From: Candidatus Omnitrophota bacterium
GTDB taxonomy: Bacteria > Omnitrophota > Gorgyraeia > Zapsychrales > Fredricksoniimonadaceae
Assembly: GCA_030650275.1 (NCBI GenBank)
Contig: JAUSEK010000023.1
Location: 107,581 to 171,580 of the forward strand
DNA length: 64,000 nucleotides
Reading direction: 5' to 3'
This document shows positions 1-9,858 of this stretch, piece by piece (positions within the stretch are counted from its first letter, which is position 1; each line of letters opens with the position of its first letter). A program made the translations under genes and the position numbers. The notes under the pieces are model-generated. The model was not told the DNA's origin. It searched no databases and saw only the letters and a program-made list of their open reading frames with translations.

Positions 1-2
1 AC

Positions 3-818
3 AACTTTGAGATCCGCAAGCAATTGCTGGAATACGACAATGTCATGAACAAACAGCGCGAGGTGATCTATTCCCTGCGCCGTTCCATCCTGGAAGGCGA
101 GAATTTGAAGGACGTCGTGCTCGACGCTGTGGCCCAGACCGCTGAAGACATGATCGACCAGCATGCGGCTTTGGCCGAGGCCACGGAAAACCCCGTCAAC
201 GTCCTGGCGGCGCAATTGCAGGCCGCCTTTGCGTTGAACATCTATCCGATCAAACATATGTTCGCCGAGTCCTCCACCGCTGAAATTAAGACCGCCGTGG
301 TCGATTTTCTGATGGACGCCTATGAGCTTAAAGAGAAACAATTGACACCCGAAGTCATGCGCCGCATGGAACGCATGGTCCTTCTGCACGTCATTGACAC
401 CCAATGGAAAGACCATTTGCACGCGATGGACCATATCAAGGACGGCATCAGCTTGCGCGCCCTGGGCCAGCGCGATCCGCTGGTTGAATATAAAAAAGAA
501 GGTTTCGCGATGTTCAAGACGCTGTACGGGACCATTAACCACGAGGTCGCCTCCCTGATGTTCAAGCTTGAACCGCCGCAAGGCCAGGAGGAGAGACCGC
601 GCACGGTGTTAAGCCGTTTGCCTCAGCATGCCGTGCATCAGGATTTTTCGGGGTTGGCCGCTGCCGCGGCTGCGCCGCAGGGAAGCATCCCTGAGATGGT
701 GGAAGAGATGCCGTCCGCCCCCGCCCTTGTCCCGCTGCGCGCCGAACACAAGGTCGGCCGCAATGATCCCTGCCCATGCGGCAGCGGAAAAAAATACAAA
801 AAATGCTGCGGACAATGA
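3..818 (+). CDS. secA: Preprotein translocase SecA, C-terminal part (5' truncated by window)
   Basis: [45 protein letters not shown] and SEC-C motif [21 protein letters not shown]. Confidence 0.98.
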   Translation, partial: NFEIRKQLLEYDNVMNKQREVIYSLRRSILEGENLKDVVLDAVAQTAEDMIDQHAALAEATENPVNVLAAQLQAAFALNIYPIKHMFAESSTAEIKTAVVDFLMDAYELKEKQLTPEVMRRMERMVLLHVIDTQWKDHLHAMDHIKDGISLRALGQRDPLVEYKKEGFAMFKTLYGTINHEVASLMFKLEPPQGQEERPRTVLSRLPQHAVHQDFSGLAAAAAAPQGSIPEMVEEMPSAPALVPLRAEHKVGRNDPCPCGSGKKYKKCCGQ

Positions 819-2287
819 TCCTCATCGTCCTTTCCGCTGTCCTGCTGGTCATTTCCTATCCCCAAATGGACTGGGGACCGCTCGCGTGGGTGGCCCTGGT
901 CCCGTTCTTTTTCGCCATCGACGGTAAAAGCGTCCGTTCTGCCTTCAGCTTGGGTTATGCCTGTGGTTTTCTTTTTTTTGCAGGCACCCTGGGCTGGTTC
1001 ATCTACGTGACGTATCCCGGGGCTTTTTTATTCATTGCCTATCTTTCCTTATATTTTGCCGCGTTCGCCGCCGCGTTCGTTTTTTTCCGCCGTTTAGGCC
1101 TGGTCCCGCGCCTGTTCACGCTGTCCGCCGTGTGGGTCGCGCTTGAATTCATCCGCGCCCACGCCTTGAGCGGTTTCGGGTGGGTGTCCCTGGGTCACTC
1201 GCAGTATAAAAATTATCTGCTGATCCAGATCGCGGACGTGACTGGTGTTTACGGCGTGTCGTTTTTGGTCATGCTGGTCAATCTTTTGGTTTTTGAAAGT
1301 TTGAAATTTGTCCATGACATCCGCCAGCTCCGCCGGGCACAGATCATCGTGACCCTACTGGTATGTTTGGTTTTAGGGTACGGTATCGTGGATACGACGC
1401 ATACGCGCGCCTACGGCCAGGTGAAGGTGGGAGTGGTCCAGCCCAACATTCCCCAGTCGCTCAAATGGGACCCCCGCCTGAAAGGGAGGATCGTTGAGCG
1501 CAACATACAATTGACACGCACATTCGGTGTCCATAAGCCCGAGATCATCATCTGGCCGGAAACATCTTTGCCGGGGATCTTGGGGGAATCGCCGGAGCTT
1601 TTTGAACAGGTCAAAAAAACCGCCCGTGACATGCAGACACCGATCCTGATGGGCACCATCATCCAGGAAGGGGAGGAACAATATTACAATTCAGCCGTTC
1701 TTGTTTCTGCCGACGGAGAAATGACCGGCCGTTATGACAAGGTCCATCTGGTGCCTTTCGGCGAGTATTTGCCGTTGCGGCCCGTGCTCGGGTTTATCAA
1801 CCGTTTCATCGGCATGGGGGACTTTACTTCGGGCGTGGAATATACGCTGTTTTCCGCCGGGCGCGAACAGAAAAAATTTGGCGTGCTCATCTGTTTTGAA
1901 GATACCCTGCCGTATTTGCGCCGGGGCTTCACCAATGCCGGGGCGCAATTTTTGGTCAACATGACCAATGACGCCTGGTTTGAGGACACCAAGGCCCCGT
2001 TTTTGCATTTGCAGGCCGCGGTGTTCGGCGCCGTTGAGAACAAGCGCGCGCTGGTGCGCGCGGCCAACACCGGCGTGAGCGCCTTCATTGATCCTTTTGG
2101 CCGCGTCATCCAGGCCGTTCAAAATGAGCGCGGCAAGAAGGCCTTTGTCATGGGCACGGCCGTGGCTGCCTTGCCGCTGGTCAACCAGCGCACGGTGTAC
2201 ACGAAATATGGGGATGTTTTTGCAATGCTTTGTTTCTTGGGTATACTAGGGGCGATATGGGCAACAAGGACCGCATCAAAAAGATAA
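815..2287 (+). CDS. lnt: Apolipoprotein N-acyltransferase
   Basis: N-terminal TM helices, [36 protein letters not shown]; ATG overlaps the secA stop (ATGA). Confidence 0.96.
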   Translation: MILIVLSAVLLVISYPQMDWGPLAWVALVPFFFAIDGKSVRSAFSLGYACGFLFFAGTLGWFIYVTYPGAFLFIAYLSLYFAAFAAAFVFFRRLGLVPRLFTLSAVWVALEFIRAHALSGFGWVSLGHSQYKNYLLIQIADVTGVYGVSFLVMLVNLLVFESLKFVHDIRQLRRAQIIVTLLVCLVLGYGIVDTTHTRAYGQVKVGVVQPNIPQSLKWDPRLKGRIVERNIQLTRTFGVHKPEIIIWPETSLPGILGESPELFEQVKKTARDMQTPILMGTIIQEGEEQYYNSAVLVSADGEMTGRYDKVHLVPFGEYLPLRPVLGFINRFIGMGDFTSGVEYTLFSAGREQKKFGVLICFEDTLPYLRRGFTNAGAQFLVNMTNDAWFEDTKAPFLHLQAAVFGAVENKRALVRAANTGVSAFIDPFGRVIQAVQNERGKKAFVMGTAVAALPLVNQRTVYTKYGDVFAMLCFLGILGAIWATRTASKR

Positions 2288-3186
2288 AACGGGCCATGGC
2301 CCGTTATACGTTTTATTTCTTTTCAGCATTTTTCCGCCTTTTGCCTTATCCCGTCGTGCGCGCCATGACCAATGCCTTGATCGCCCTCGCGTTCGTGATG
2401 GTCAAGCGCATGCGCAAGCTCTCCAGGGAAAGCCTGACCATCGCTTTCGGCAAGGAGAAAGGCGAGCGGGAGATCGAAGATATTATCCGCACCTGTTTTT
2501 CCAATTTGGGCCGCAGCGCCATTGAAATGCTGTATTTCACGCAAAGACCGCAGATGATCACCGCGAAGCTGGCGTTTGTGCCCGGCGCCCGGGAAAACCT
2601 GGAGGCCGCGCTGGCCGAGGGCAAAGGGGTCATCGCGGTCACGGCCCATTTCGGCAATTTTCCGCTCATGCTTTTGTATCTGGCCCGCATGGGATACAAG
2701 ACCAATGCCATCATCCGTCCGGCGCGCGATGAGGTCATTGAAAAGGTCTTCCAGGACACCCGCACACGTTTGGGCCTGCATACCATTTACAGTTATCCGC
2801 GCCTCGAATGCGTCAAAGAATCCCTGCGCGTTTTGCGCAACAAAGAGATCTTGTGCATTCCTTTGGACCAGAATTTCGGGACCGGCGGGGTGTTCGTTAA
2901 ATTTTTCGGCCAGAAAGCGGCCACAGCCACGGGGCCGGTGGTCTTTGCCGCGCGCACGGGCGCGGTCATTCTGCCCATTTTCATTGCCCGCGACGCGGAC
3001 GACCGGCACAAGATCATGACGGAACCGCATTTCGCGATCGAGGCCAAGGCCACGGATGACGAGACCATCCAATACAATGTGGCCAAGATCACCGGCATCA
3101 TCGAGACCTACATACGCCGCTATCCCCACGAATGGGGATGGATGCACCGGCGCTGGAAAAGTAAACCCAAGGAAGAACAAAAATGA
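2257..3186 (+). CDS. Lipid A/lysophospholipid acyltransferase (LpxL/HtrB family)
   Basis: GKGVIAVTAHFGN, PLDQN, VKFFG, YPHEWGWMHRRWK. Confidence 0.9.
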   Translation: MGNKDRIKKIKRAMARYTFYFFSAFFRLLPYPVVRAMTNALIALAFVMVKRMRKLSRESLTIAFGKEKGEREIEDIIRTCFSNLGRSAIEMLYFTQRPQMITAKLAFVPGARENLEAALAEGKGVIAVTAHFGNFPLMLLYLARMGYKTNAIIRPARDEVIEKVFQDTRTRLGLHTIYSYPRLECVKESLRVLRNKEILCIPLDQNFGTGGVFVKFFGQKAATATGPVVFAARTGAVILPIFIARDADDRHKIMTEPHFAIEAKATDDETIQYNVAKITGIIETYIRRYPHEWGWMHRRWKSKPKEEQK

Positions 3187-3353
3187 AAAAAATACTATTG
3201 TCCGGGTTCGGATTTTTGTTGGTCATCGGCGGTATGGCGCTCACCCTGGCGCAATGGGAGATCCTGGCCATGGTCATCAGGGCCTGTGCCGGGCCTGTCC
3301 TGGCCGTTGCCGGCCTTGTCATCCTGTTCGCCGCTTCTTCTCAAAAACAATGA
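3183..3353 (+). CDS. Small 2-TM membrane protein, 56 aa (not in ORF track)
   Basis: MKKILLSGFGFLLVIGGMALTLAQWEILAMVIRACAGPVLAVAGLVILFAASSQKQ; ATGA overlaps with both neighbours. Confidence 0.75.
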   Translation: MKKILLSGFGFLLVIGGMALTLAQWEILAMVIRACAGPVLAVAGLVILFAASSQKQ

Positions 3354-4006
3354 AACTCATCATCTTCGACCTCGACGGCACGCTGGTCAATGCCTATCCG
3401 GCCGTGCATGCGAGCATCAATCACACGCTCAGAGCCATGGGATTTTTGCCCCGGTCCGCCGCGGTCATCAAAAGTTCCGTGGGCTGGGGGGACCGGCATT
3501 TGCTGGAGACATTTGTAGGCAAAGCGAAAGGTAAGGCGGCCATTAAAATATACCGCAGGCATCATGCCGTGGCCCTGAAGACCGGCGTTCGGTTTTTGTC
3601 CGGCGCCAAAGCGATTCTAACATTTCTAAAAAGGTCCGGCTATCGGCTGGCCGTGGCCAGCAATCGTCCGACGAAGTTCACGCTCCTGATCCTTAAGATG
3701 CTTGGCGCGCGGGCGTATTTCGACATGGTGTTGTGCGCGGACAAAGTCCAAAGGCCAAAGCCCCATCCGGACATGCTCATTAAGATCATGCGTCTGCTTA
3801 AGGTCAGGAAAGAAGAGACGCTTTATGTCGGGGACATGACCATTGATGTCCTCACGGGCCGCGGGGCCCGCGTGCGCACCGTGGCGGTGGCCACGGGGTC
3901 GAGCACAACAGCGCAATTAAAACGATTGAAACCCTGGCGCGTGATTGATAAGATGAGTTGTCTAAAAACCATCATAGGAGGTTTTCATGAGCAAAAAGAA
4001 ACGTAA
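3350..4006 (+). CDS. HAD-family hydrolase (phosphoglycolate phosphatase-like)
   Basis: MKLIIFDLDGTLV, KPHPD, YVGDMTID. Confidence 0.92.
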   Translation: MKLIIFDLDGTLVNAYPAVHASINHTLRAMGFLPRSAAVIKSSVGWGDRHLLETFVGKAKGKAAIKIYRRHHAVALKTGVRFLSGAKAILTFLKRSGYRLAVASNRPTKFTLLILKMLGARAYFDMVLCADKVQRPKPHPDMLIKIMRLLKVRKEETLYVGDMTIDVLTGRGARVRTVAVATGSSTTAQLKRLKPWRVIDKMSCLKTIIGGFHEQKET

Positions 4007-4067
4007 GGGCAAACTCAACTGGCGTTCCAAAAAGGCCAACCACGGCACCAAACCCGGCAAGGGCTAA
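3987..4067 (+). CDS. bL37-like small basic ribosomal protein, 26 aa
   Basis: MSKKKRKGKLNWRSKKANHGTKPGKG; AGGAGG RBS at 3976-3981; KANHGxxP motif as in actinobacterial bL37. Confidence 0.75.
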   Translation: MSKKKRKGKLNWRSKKANHGTKPGKG

Positions 4068-4118
4068 TTCTTTAAAATTTTTTTAGTCCTCACGCTGTTT
4101 GTGATATAAACTATAAGT

Positions 4119-4517
4119 ATGATCAGTTCCCGGATGCGCTGTTTGCATTGTTTTTTAGCCCTTGTTCTGGTTGTTTCCGCGGCCGGTTGCACGGCCCCTT
4201 TATTGTTTATAGGCGCCGGCGCGGTGGGCGGTTATGCCGTCAGCGGCGACACCTTTGAGGGGATCACGGCCAAAAGCCAGGAGGAGATTTGGGATGCCGC
4301 CTATCGCGTGGCCTCCATCATGGGCACCATTGAAGAAGACAACCGCCGCAGCGGGCAAATGACCGCCCGCATCAACGGCGCCCGCGTGACCATAACGCTG
4401 GTACCGGTCAATTTGACATCTACTACACTGCGCATCAAGGCCCGCAAAGGCATTTTTCCCCGTAGAGGCACCGCCCAAGAGGTTTATGTCAAGATCAACA
4501 CCCAGCTGGAAGAATAG
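4119..4517 (+). CDS. Lipoprotein (DUF3568-like)
   Basis: Lipobox AAG-C followed by GAGAVGG; start may be 4134. Confidence 0.7.
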   Translation: MISSRMRCLHCFLALVLVVSAAGCTAPLLFIGAGAVGGYAVSGDTFEGITAKSQEEIWDAAYRVASIMGTIEEDNRRSGQMTARINGARVTITLVPVNLTSTTLRIKARKGIFPRRGTAQEVYVKINTQLEE

Positions 4518-4535
4518 GCTTTTCGATTTTATTAT

Positions 4536-4563
4536 TTGACAAAGCACAGAAAGCTGTTATATT
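4536..4563 (+). promoter_or_regulatory. sigma70 promoter of cspA
   Basis: TTGACA 4536-4541, 16-nt spacer, TGn-extended TATATT 4558-4563. Confidence 0.7.
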
Positions 4564-4700
4564 ATCCCTTGTATATGAGCAACGGTGATCTTAAGCCCGC
4601 AAGGTAGAAGGTGACGTGCCTTGCGGCTTTTTTATTGCCTGCCAGGCGGGATCATACAAAAACGTTGGCTCAAGTTTAATAAAGAGGAGGTATCAAAGAA

Positions 4701-4901
4701 ATGGTTAAAGGTAAAGTAAAGTGGTTCAATGATCAAAAAGGTTTTGGATTCATTACTCCCGAAAACGGCAAAGATGTGTTTGTCCATCACAGCGTCATTC
4801 AGGGTGATGGTTACAGATCGTTAGCTGAAGGCCAGGACGTCGAGTTTGAGATCGTCCAGGGACCTAAAGGCGAGCAAGCCCAGAACGTGGTGAAATTGTA
4901 A
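4701..4901 (+). CDS. cspA: Cold-shock protein
   Basis: [23 protein letters not shown]; GAGGAGG RBS. Confidence 0.97.
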   Translation: MVKGKVKWFNDQKGFGFITPENGKDVFVHHSVIQGDGYRSLAEGQDVEFEIVQGPKGEQAQNVVKL

Positions 4902-4983
4902 AAAACAACTGGTCCCTTTTGGGGCCATGTTTTTTAATAGCCGCAAAAACCCTCCGTGACTTTATTAGTTGCGGAGGGTTTTT
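4901..4983. terminator. Two intrinsic terminator hairpins between convergent cspA and MFS genes
   Basis: TGGTCCC-TTTT-GGGGCCA plus T-run; AAAAACCCTCCG...CGGAGGGTTTTT. Confidence 0.7.
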
Positions 4984-6200
4984 CATTTTTCGCGTTCGAG
5001 GGTGCGGGGATTAAAGCGCAGGGCGCGCAATTGGGGAGCTAATGCCGCGGTCAAGCCGACGACGGCCAGCGTCACCAGGCCGCCGGCCGCGACACAGGGA
5101 ATTGTTCCTATCAGCGCCGCCACCATGCCGCTTTCAAAGGCGCCGAGTTCATTCGAAGCGCAGATAAAGACCCAGCTGACCCCCGAGATCCTTCCGCGCA
5201 TGTCATCCGGCGAAAGCAACCGTACCATGGACCGGCGGATGACCATGCTCACCCCGTCAAAGATCCCGCTCAAGGTCAGGGCGGCCATGGACAGCCAGAA
5301 ATTTTTTGAAAAAGCGAAAATGAGGATGCTCACGCCAAATCCCGTCACGGCCAGCAGTAGATTGCGGCCCGCGTTGGTCATGGGCGGATGACGGGCGGCG
5401 ACGAGCATCATCAGCAAAGCCCCCGCGGACGGCGCGGCGTTGAGCAATCCGAACCCCTTGGCCCCGACGTGCAGAATATCATTGGCAAAGATGGGCAAAA
5501 GGGCGATGGCCCCCCCGAACAGCACGGCGAAGAGATCCAGCGCCAGGGCCCCCAAAAGCGGCTGATGGCCGAACACGAAACGCCATCCGATGCGGATACT
5601 TTTCAGCACCGGCTCCTTGTGTTCCGGCATGGTCTGCCGGCGCGGCCCTATCCCCAGCGTGCACAGCCAAGAGAGGATAAAGAATCCTGTGATGAAAACG
5701 TAGGAACCCGCCGCCCCCTTAGCATCAAACACAAAACCGATGATCGCGGGCCCCGCGATGGAACATCCGATCCACGTACTGCCTATCCACGACGAGGCCT
5801 TGACCGTGAGTTCTTGAGGGACCACCTGCGCTTCAAAAGCGCTGTTGGCCGGGTCGGCGAATCCGCGCGCGATACCGGCCAGAAAGATGACGCCGTAAAG
5901 GGGCAAAACCGACGTGTGATGACCTTCCAAAGAAAGCGCGGCCAGCGCCGCGGCGCACAGGCAGGACGCGGCGCGGGTGATGAGAAGTATTTTGCGGCGG
6001 TTGAAATGGTCGGCCACGTGTCCGCCGACGAGGACCAGGGCAATGGCCGGCACGGCTTCCACCAGCCCCAGCCAGCCCAGGGCCATGGCGCTGTGGGTGA
6101 TCTGGTAAATTTGGAAACCGATGACAACGGCCAGCGCCCGGCTGGCCAGTGTGAAGGACCCGACGGAACTGATGAAAAGACGGAGGTCAGGGTTGTTCAT
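4983..6200 (-). CDS. MFS transporter (MFS_3/H+ antiporter type)
   Basis: About 12 TM helices, GGHVADHFNRRK, PDDMRGRIS. Confidence 0.92.
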   Translation of the reverse strand: MNNPDLRLFISSVGSFTLASRALAVVIGFQIYQITHSAMALGWLGLVEAVPAIALVLVGGHVADHFNRRKILLITRAASCLCAAALAALSLEGHHTSVLPLYGVIFLAGIARGFADPANSAFEAQVVPQELTVKASSWIGSTWIGCSIAGPAIIGFVFDAKGAAGSYVFITGFFILSWLCTLGIGPRRQTMPEHKEPVLKSIRIGWRFVFGHQPLLGALALDLFAVLFGGAIALLPIFANDILHVGAKGFGLLNAAPSAGALLMMLVAARHPPMTNAGRNLLLAVTGFGVSILIFAFSKNFWLSMAALTLSGIFDGVSMVIRRSMVRLLSPDDMRGRISGVSWVFICASNELGAFESGMVAALIGTIPCVAAGGLVTLAVVGLTAALAPQLRALRFNPRTLEREK

Positions 6201-6375
6201 GGTTTCAGGGTAATTTTTCCATAAACCCGTGGGCGGTTCAAGGGTTTATGCTAAAATCACTTCATCCATCAAAAGTCGTTGATATAGATAATACTTACAG
6301 ATATAATAATTTATTATTAAACCGCCTTGGCGCGTGGCGCTTAGGCGTGTTTTGTTTAATATGGAGGGATATTCT

Positions 6376-6696
6376 ATGGGCGCTTTGCATTTGAACGAAA
6401 GCAATTTCAGCCAGGAAGTGGAAAAGTCCACTCTTCCTGTCCTGGTGGATTTTTGGGCCGAGTGGTGCGGGCCATGCAAGGCCATCGGGCCGATCATTGA
6501 ACAATTGTCCGTTGAGCTGCAGGGTAAGATGAAAGTCGCCAAGGTCAACGTGGACGAATGCCCGGACTTGGCGGGGAAGTTCAACATCATGTCCATTCCC
6601 AGCATGCTGATCTTCAAGAACGGCGCGCCCGTGGACCAGATCGTCGGGGCTAGCCCTAAGGACCGGATTTTGGAAAAATTGAATCCGCATTTGTAA
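6376..6696 (+). CDS. trxA: Thioredoxin
   Basis: DFWAEWCGPCK; GGAGG RBS. Confidence 0.97.
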   Translation: MGALHLNESNFSQEVEKSTLPVLVDFWAEWCGPCKAIGPIIEQLSVELQGKMKVAKVNVDECPDLAGKFNIMSIPSMLIFKNGAPVDQIVGASPKDRILEKLNPHL

Positions 6697-6706
6697 GGGA
6701 CCGTCT

Positions 6707-7057
6707 ATGTTCATTCAGGTTTTAAAATCAAAGATCGGTCATGCCACGGTCACGGATGCCCAATTGCATTATGAGGGAAGTATCACCATTGATACAGACC
6801 TCATCAAGGCGGCCGGCTTGATCGTCGGCGAGAAAGTGCATGTCCTTAACGAGAACAACGGTACGCGTCTGGAAACCTATGTGATCGCGGGAAAGCCGGG
6901 TTCGGGGGAGGTTTGTCTCAACGGTCCGGCCGCGCTGCACGGCAAGGCCGGCGACAGGGTCATTATTTTGAGTTATGCTTTGGCCGAATCGCAGGAGGCC
7001 AAAAAGATCATGCCGACGATCATTTATCTGGACGGCAAAAATAGAATAAAAAAATAA
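6707..7057 (+). CDS. panD: Aspartate 1-decarboxylase
   Basis: KSKIGHATVT, YEGSITID, NGTRLETY, CLNGPAA. Confidence 0.96.
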   Translation: MFIQVLKSKIGHATVTDAQLHYEGSITIDTDLIKAAGLIVGEKVHVLNENNGTRLETYVIAGKPGSGEVCLNGPAALHGKAGDRVIILSYALAESQEAKKIMPTIIYLDGKNRIKK

Positions 7058-7067
7058 CAACACCCCT

Positions 7068-7601
7068 ATGGTTGCCGGTATCTTAAAGATCCGATTGTTA
7101 GGTGACCCGTGCCTGCGCCGCAAGTCCAGACCGGTCAAGGAAGTCGGGCCGGTTGAGCGCGTGCTCATCAATGCCCTGTTCGCGACTTTGAAAGAGCATA
7201 AGGGGGTGGGTCTGGCCGCCCCGCAGGTGGGGATCAATGAGCAGATCTTTGTCGTGGATACGGGTAAGGACGCGTTCGCGGTCGTCAACCCCAGGATCTT
7301 AAAAAGCGAAGGCAAGGCCGCGACCGAGGAGGGGTGTTTGAGCATCCCGAATCTGCATGTCAAGGTCAAAAGGGCCAAGGAGCTTGTGGTTGAATTCACC
7401 GACGAACATGACCGGCGCTTCCGGGCTGAAATGTCGGGCCTGACCGCCAGGGTGTTCCAGCATGAACACGACCATCTCAACGGCAAGCTCATCATTGATT
7501 ACCTGCCTCCCGTCAAAAAGGCGCAGGTGCTCAAAGAGATCAAAGACGGTGTTTTCATCGGGAAGACCGGCCATGATGCAGGCAACACAAGAGAGATTTG
7601 A
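7068..7601 (+). CDS. def: Peptide deformylase
   Basis: GVGLAAPQVG, EGCLSIP, QHEHDHLNG. Confidence 0.97.
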   Translation: MVAGILKIRLLGDPCLRRKSRPVKEVGPVERVLINALFATLKEHKGVGLAAPQVGINEQIFVVDTGKDAFAVVNPRILKSEGKAATEEGCLSIPNLHVKVKRAKELVVEFTDEHDRRFRAEMSGLTARVFQHEHDHLNGKLIIDYLPPVKKAQVLKEIKDGVFIGKTGHDAGNTREI

Positions 7602-8484
7602 GTCGGGACTCGTCAAACTCCCGCCATGGTTCAGGCAGGAATTGCCGGACATGGGCAAGGTCCGGGCCATGAAAGAAATGCTGCGCGCCTCGCGTTTGCA
7701 TACGGTGTGCGAAAGCGCGCGCTGCCCCAATATGGGCCAATGCTGGGGCGAGGGCGTGGCCACGTTCATGATCTTAGGGGGCACGTGCACGCGCGCGTGC
7801 CGTTTTTGCGCCGTGCCTGCCGGACGGCCCGAGACCGTGGATGAGCAGGAACCCCGGGGCGTGGCGGATGCGGTCAGGCAATTGGGCCTGCGTTATGTTG
7901 TGCTGACGTCGGTGGCCCGCGATGACCTCAAGGACGAAGGGGCGTTCCAGTTCGTGCGCACCATCGCCGCCATCCGTTGTTTGACCCCGCAGGTCAAGAT
8001 CGAGGTCCTCATTCCTGATTTTTCCGCGAAAGAGGACGCGTTAAAGATATTGAGCGAAGCGGTCCCCGAGGTGGTCAGCCATAATATTGAGACCGTGCGG
8101 CGTTGTTCGCCGCTGTTACGGCCGCAGGCGGACCATGACCGGTCTTTGCGGGTGCTCAAGCGTTTCCGTGAATTGAACCCTGGTGGTTTTGTGAAATCAT
8201 CGTTCATGGTCGGCGCGGGTGAGACCGACGAGGAGATCGTTGTGCTGATGGAGGAATTGCTGGAGGCCGGATGTCAGATATTGACCATCGGCCAATATCT
8301 GGCGCCCACCCGGATGAAACGGCATTTGCCCGTGGCGCGTTTTGGGACGCCTGAACAATTTGAACGCTACCGCGCCATCGGCAGGAACATGGGTTTCAAA
8401 TACGTGATGAGCGGACCGCTGGTGCGCAGTTCCTACATCGCCGAAGAAGGGTATCATGAGTGCATGAAAGCGATGGCGGCATGA
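7573..8484 (+). CDS. lipA: Lipoyl synthase
   Basis: CESARCPNMGQC, CTRACRFC, GPLVRSSY. Confidence 0.96.
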   Translation: MMQATQERFESGLVKLPPWFRQELPDMGKVRAMKEMLRASRLHTVCESARCPNMGQCWGEGVATFMILGGTCTRACRFCAVPAGRPETVDEQEPRGVADAVRQLGLRYVVLTSVARDDLKDEGAFQFVRTIAAIRCLTPQVKIEVLIPDFSAKEDALKILSEAVPEVVSHNIETVRRCSPLLRPQADHDRSLRVLKRFRELNPGGFVKSSFMVGAGETDEEIVVLMEELLEAGCQILTIGQYLAPTRMKRHLPVARFGTPEQFERYRAIGRNMGFKYVMSGPLVRSSYIAEEGYHECMKAMAA

Positions 8485-9452
8485 TCTCTTTTTTGGCCCG
8501 TCTTGGTTTAAGCGTCGTACTTTTGGGGTGGATCTTAAGCCGTATAGATCTGACCAAGACGTGGCAAGCCCTTAAGGGGGCGGACCCCTGGCTCATGTTC
8601 GCGGCGTTTTTGATATTCATCGCCACCAATGTCATCATTTTTTTCCGTTGGAGGGTGTTCATCAGGGCGCTGGACCTTAAATGCAATACTTTTGACGGCG
8701 CGCGCTGGTTTTTGATCGGGCTGTTTTGCAACCTTTTTTTGCCGACTTCCGTCGGTGGGGACGTGGTCAAAGGCATGGGGCTGGCCAAAGCCACCGGCCA
8801 GAACCCCAAGGTGTTCGCCTCCATCGTCCTGGACCGTCTGGCGGGGTTTTCGGGCATCGTGATCACGGCCTGCGTTTCTTTTGCCTTCGGCCGCGCCGTG
8901 GTCCAGGATCCGTCGGTGCTCATGTCCATCGCGGTGATGACGGCGGTGTCCGTGCTTTTAGCCGTGACACTTTTCAGCCGCCGCATTTTTTATTGGGTCG
9001 CCTCCGTGTTCGTATTCTGGCCGCGCCTGAAAAACGCGTTGATGGAATGGCACGATGACATCCTGCTCATGCGCGGCAAACAGCTCCAGGGTCTGGAGAC
9101 CATCGGGCTTTCCATTCTGGCCCAGCTGGTCCTGGCGTTTGAATTTTACGTGACGGCCAAGGCCATGCATCAGGAGATCGCTCTGGTGTATTTCGTGATC
9201 TTTTCGCCGCTGGTGTGCGTGGCCACGTCTTTGCCATCCATCGGGGGATTGGGCGTGCGCGAGGTCGGCTGGGTGTATCTGCTGTCCAAGGTGGGCGTGC
9301 ACCAGGGGGTCGCCGTGGGCCTAAGCCTGCTCAACTTTTTTTTCATGGTCCTCGTCGGGCTTTGCGGGGGGATTTTTTATGTCGCTACATTATCTGGTCG
9401 ACGGCTACAACGTGGTCAAGCAGGCCCCGGCCTTGGCAGACCGGTCGCTTGA
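8481..9452 (+). CDS. Lysylphosphatidylglycerol synthase TM/flippase-like membrane protein
   Basis: NLFLPTSVGGD, LDRLAG, GGLGVRE. Confidence 0.88.
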   Translation: MISFLARLGLSVVLLGWILSRIDLTKTWQALKGADPWLMFAAFLIFIATNVIIFFRWRVFIRALDLKCNTFDGARWFLIGLFCNLFLPTSVGGDVVKGMGLAKATGQNPKVFASIVLDRLAGFSGIVITACVSFAFGRAVVQDPSVLMSIAVMTAVSVLLAVTLFSRRIFYWVASVFVFWPRLKNALMEWHDDILLMRGKQLQGLETIGLSILAQLVLAFEFYVTAKAMHQEIALVYFVIFSPLVCVATSLPSIGGLGVREVGWVYLLSKVGVHQGVAVGLSLLNFFFMVLVGLCGGIFYVATLSGRRLQRGQAGPGLGRPVA

Positions 9453-9858
9453 GCAAGGCCGCGACGGGCTTTTGCGCTGGATCGATGCCCAACGTCCTCA
9501 AGGCAGTATTAACAACCGCGTGACCGTTGTTTTTGACGGCAGCAGTGAACATTTCGGCGGCGCTTTCGCCGGGACCGCCCAGGTGATCTTTTCCAGGGAC
9601 GAAAGCGCGGACGAATGCATCAAGACCATGGTGGAGAAAAGCGCTGCCAGGTCCAATGTGGTTGTTGTCAGCGATGACAAGGGAATTACGCTGTATGTCC
9701 GTTCTTTGGGGGCCAGGATCATGGGGGTCAAAGAATTTGCCGCGGACCTGTTCGACGCGCCATCCGGGTCATCACCCAAAAAAGGACGCGGCAAATATAT
9801 TTCTTTGGCCCAAGCCCAGCAGATCAATGAGGAATTAAAGAAGATCTGGTTGAAATAA
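9379..9858 (+). CDS. NYN/YacP-like PIN-fold RNase
   Basis: YLVDGYNV, VVFDG, ESADECI, VVSDD. Confidence 0.88.
   Translation: MSLHYLVDGYNVVKQAPALADRSLEQGRDGLLRWIDAQRPQGSINNRVTVVFDGSSEHFGGAFAGTAQVIFSRDESADECIKTMVEKSAARSNVVVVSDDKGITLYVRSLGARIMGVKEFAADLFDAPSGSSPKKGRGKYISLAQAQQINEELKKIWLK

Noticed and set aside
776-814. Extended N-termini in the ORF track (lnt, HAD, lipA, greA, GH5, rplI etc.)
   Set aside because: Downstream ATGs with stop/start coupling or RBS fit the homologous domain starts better
9379-9452. Long gene overlaps (also 16353-16390, 17778-17836, 46978-46996)
   Set aside because: Explained by C-terminal run-on in a compact operon; no slippery site or frameshift evidence
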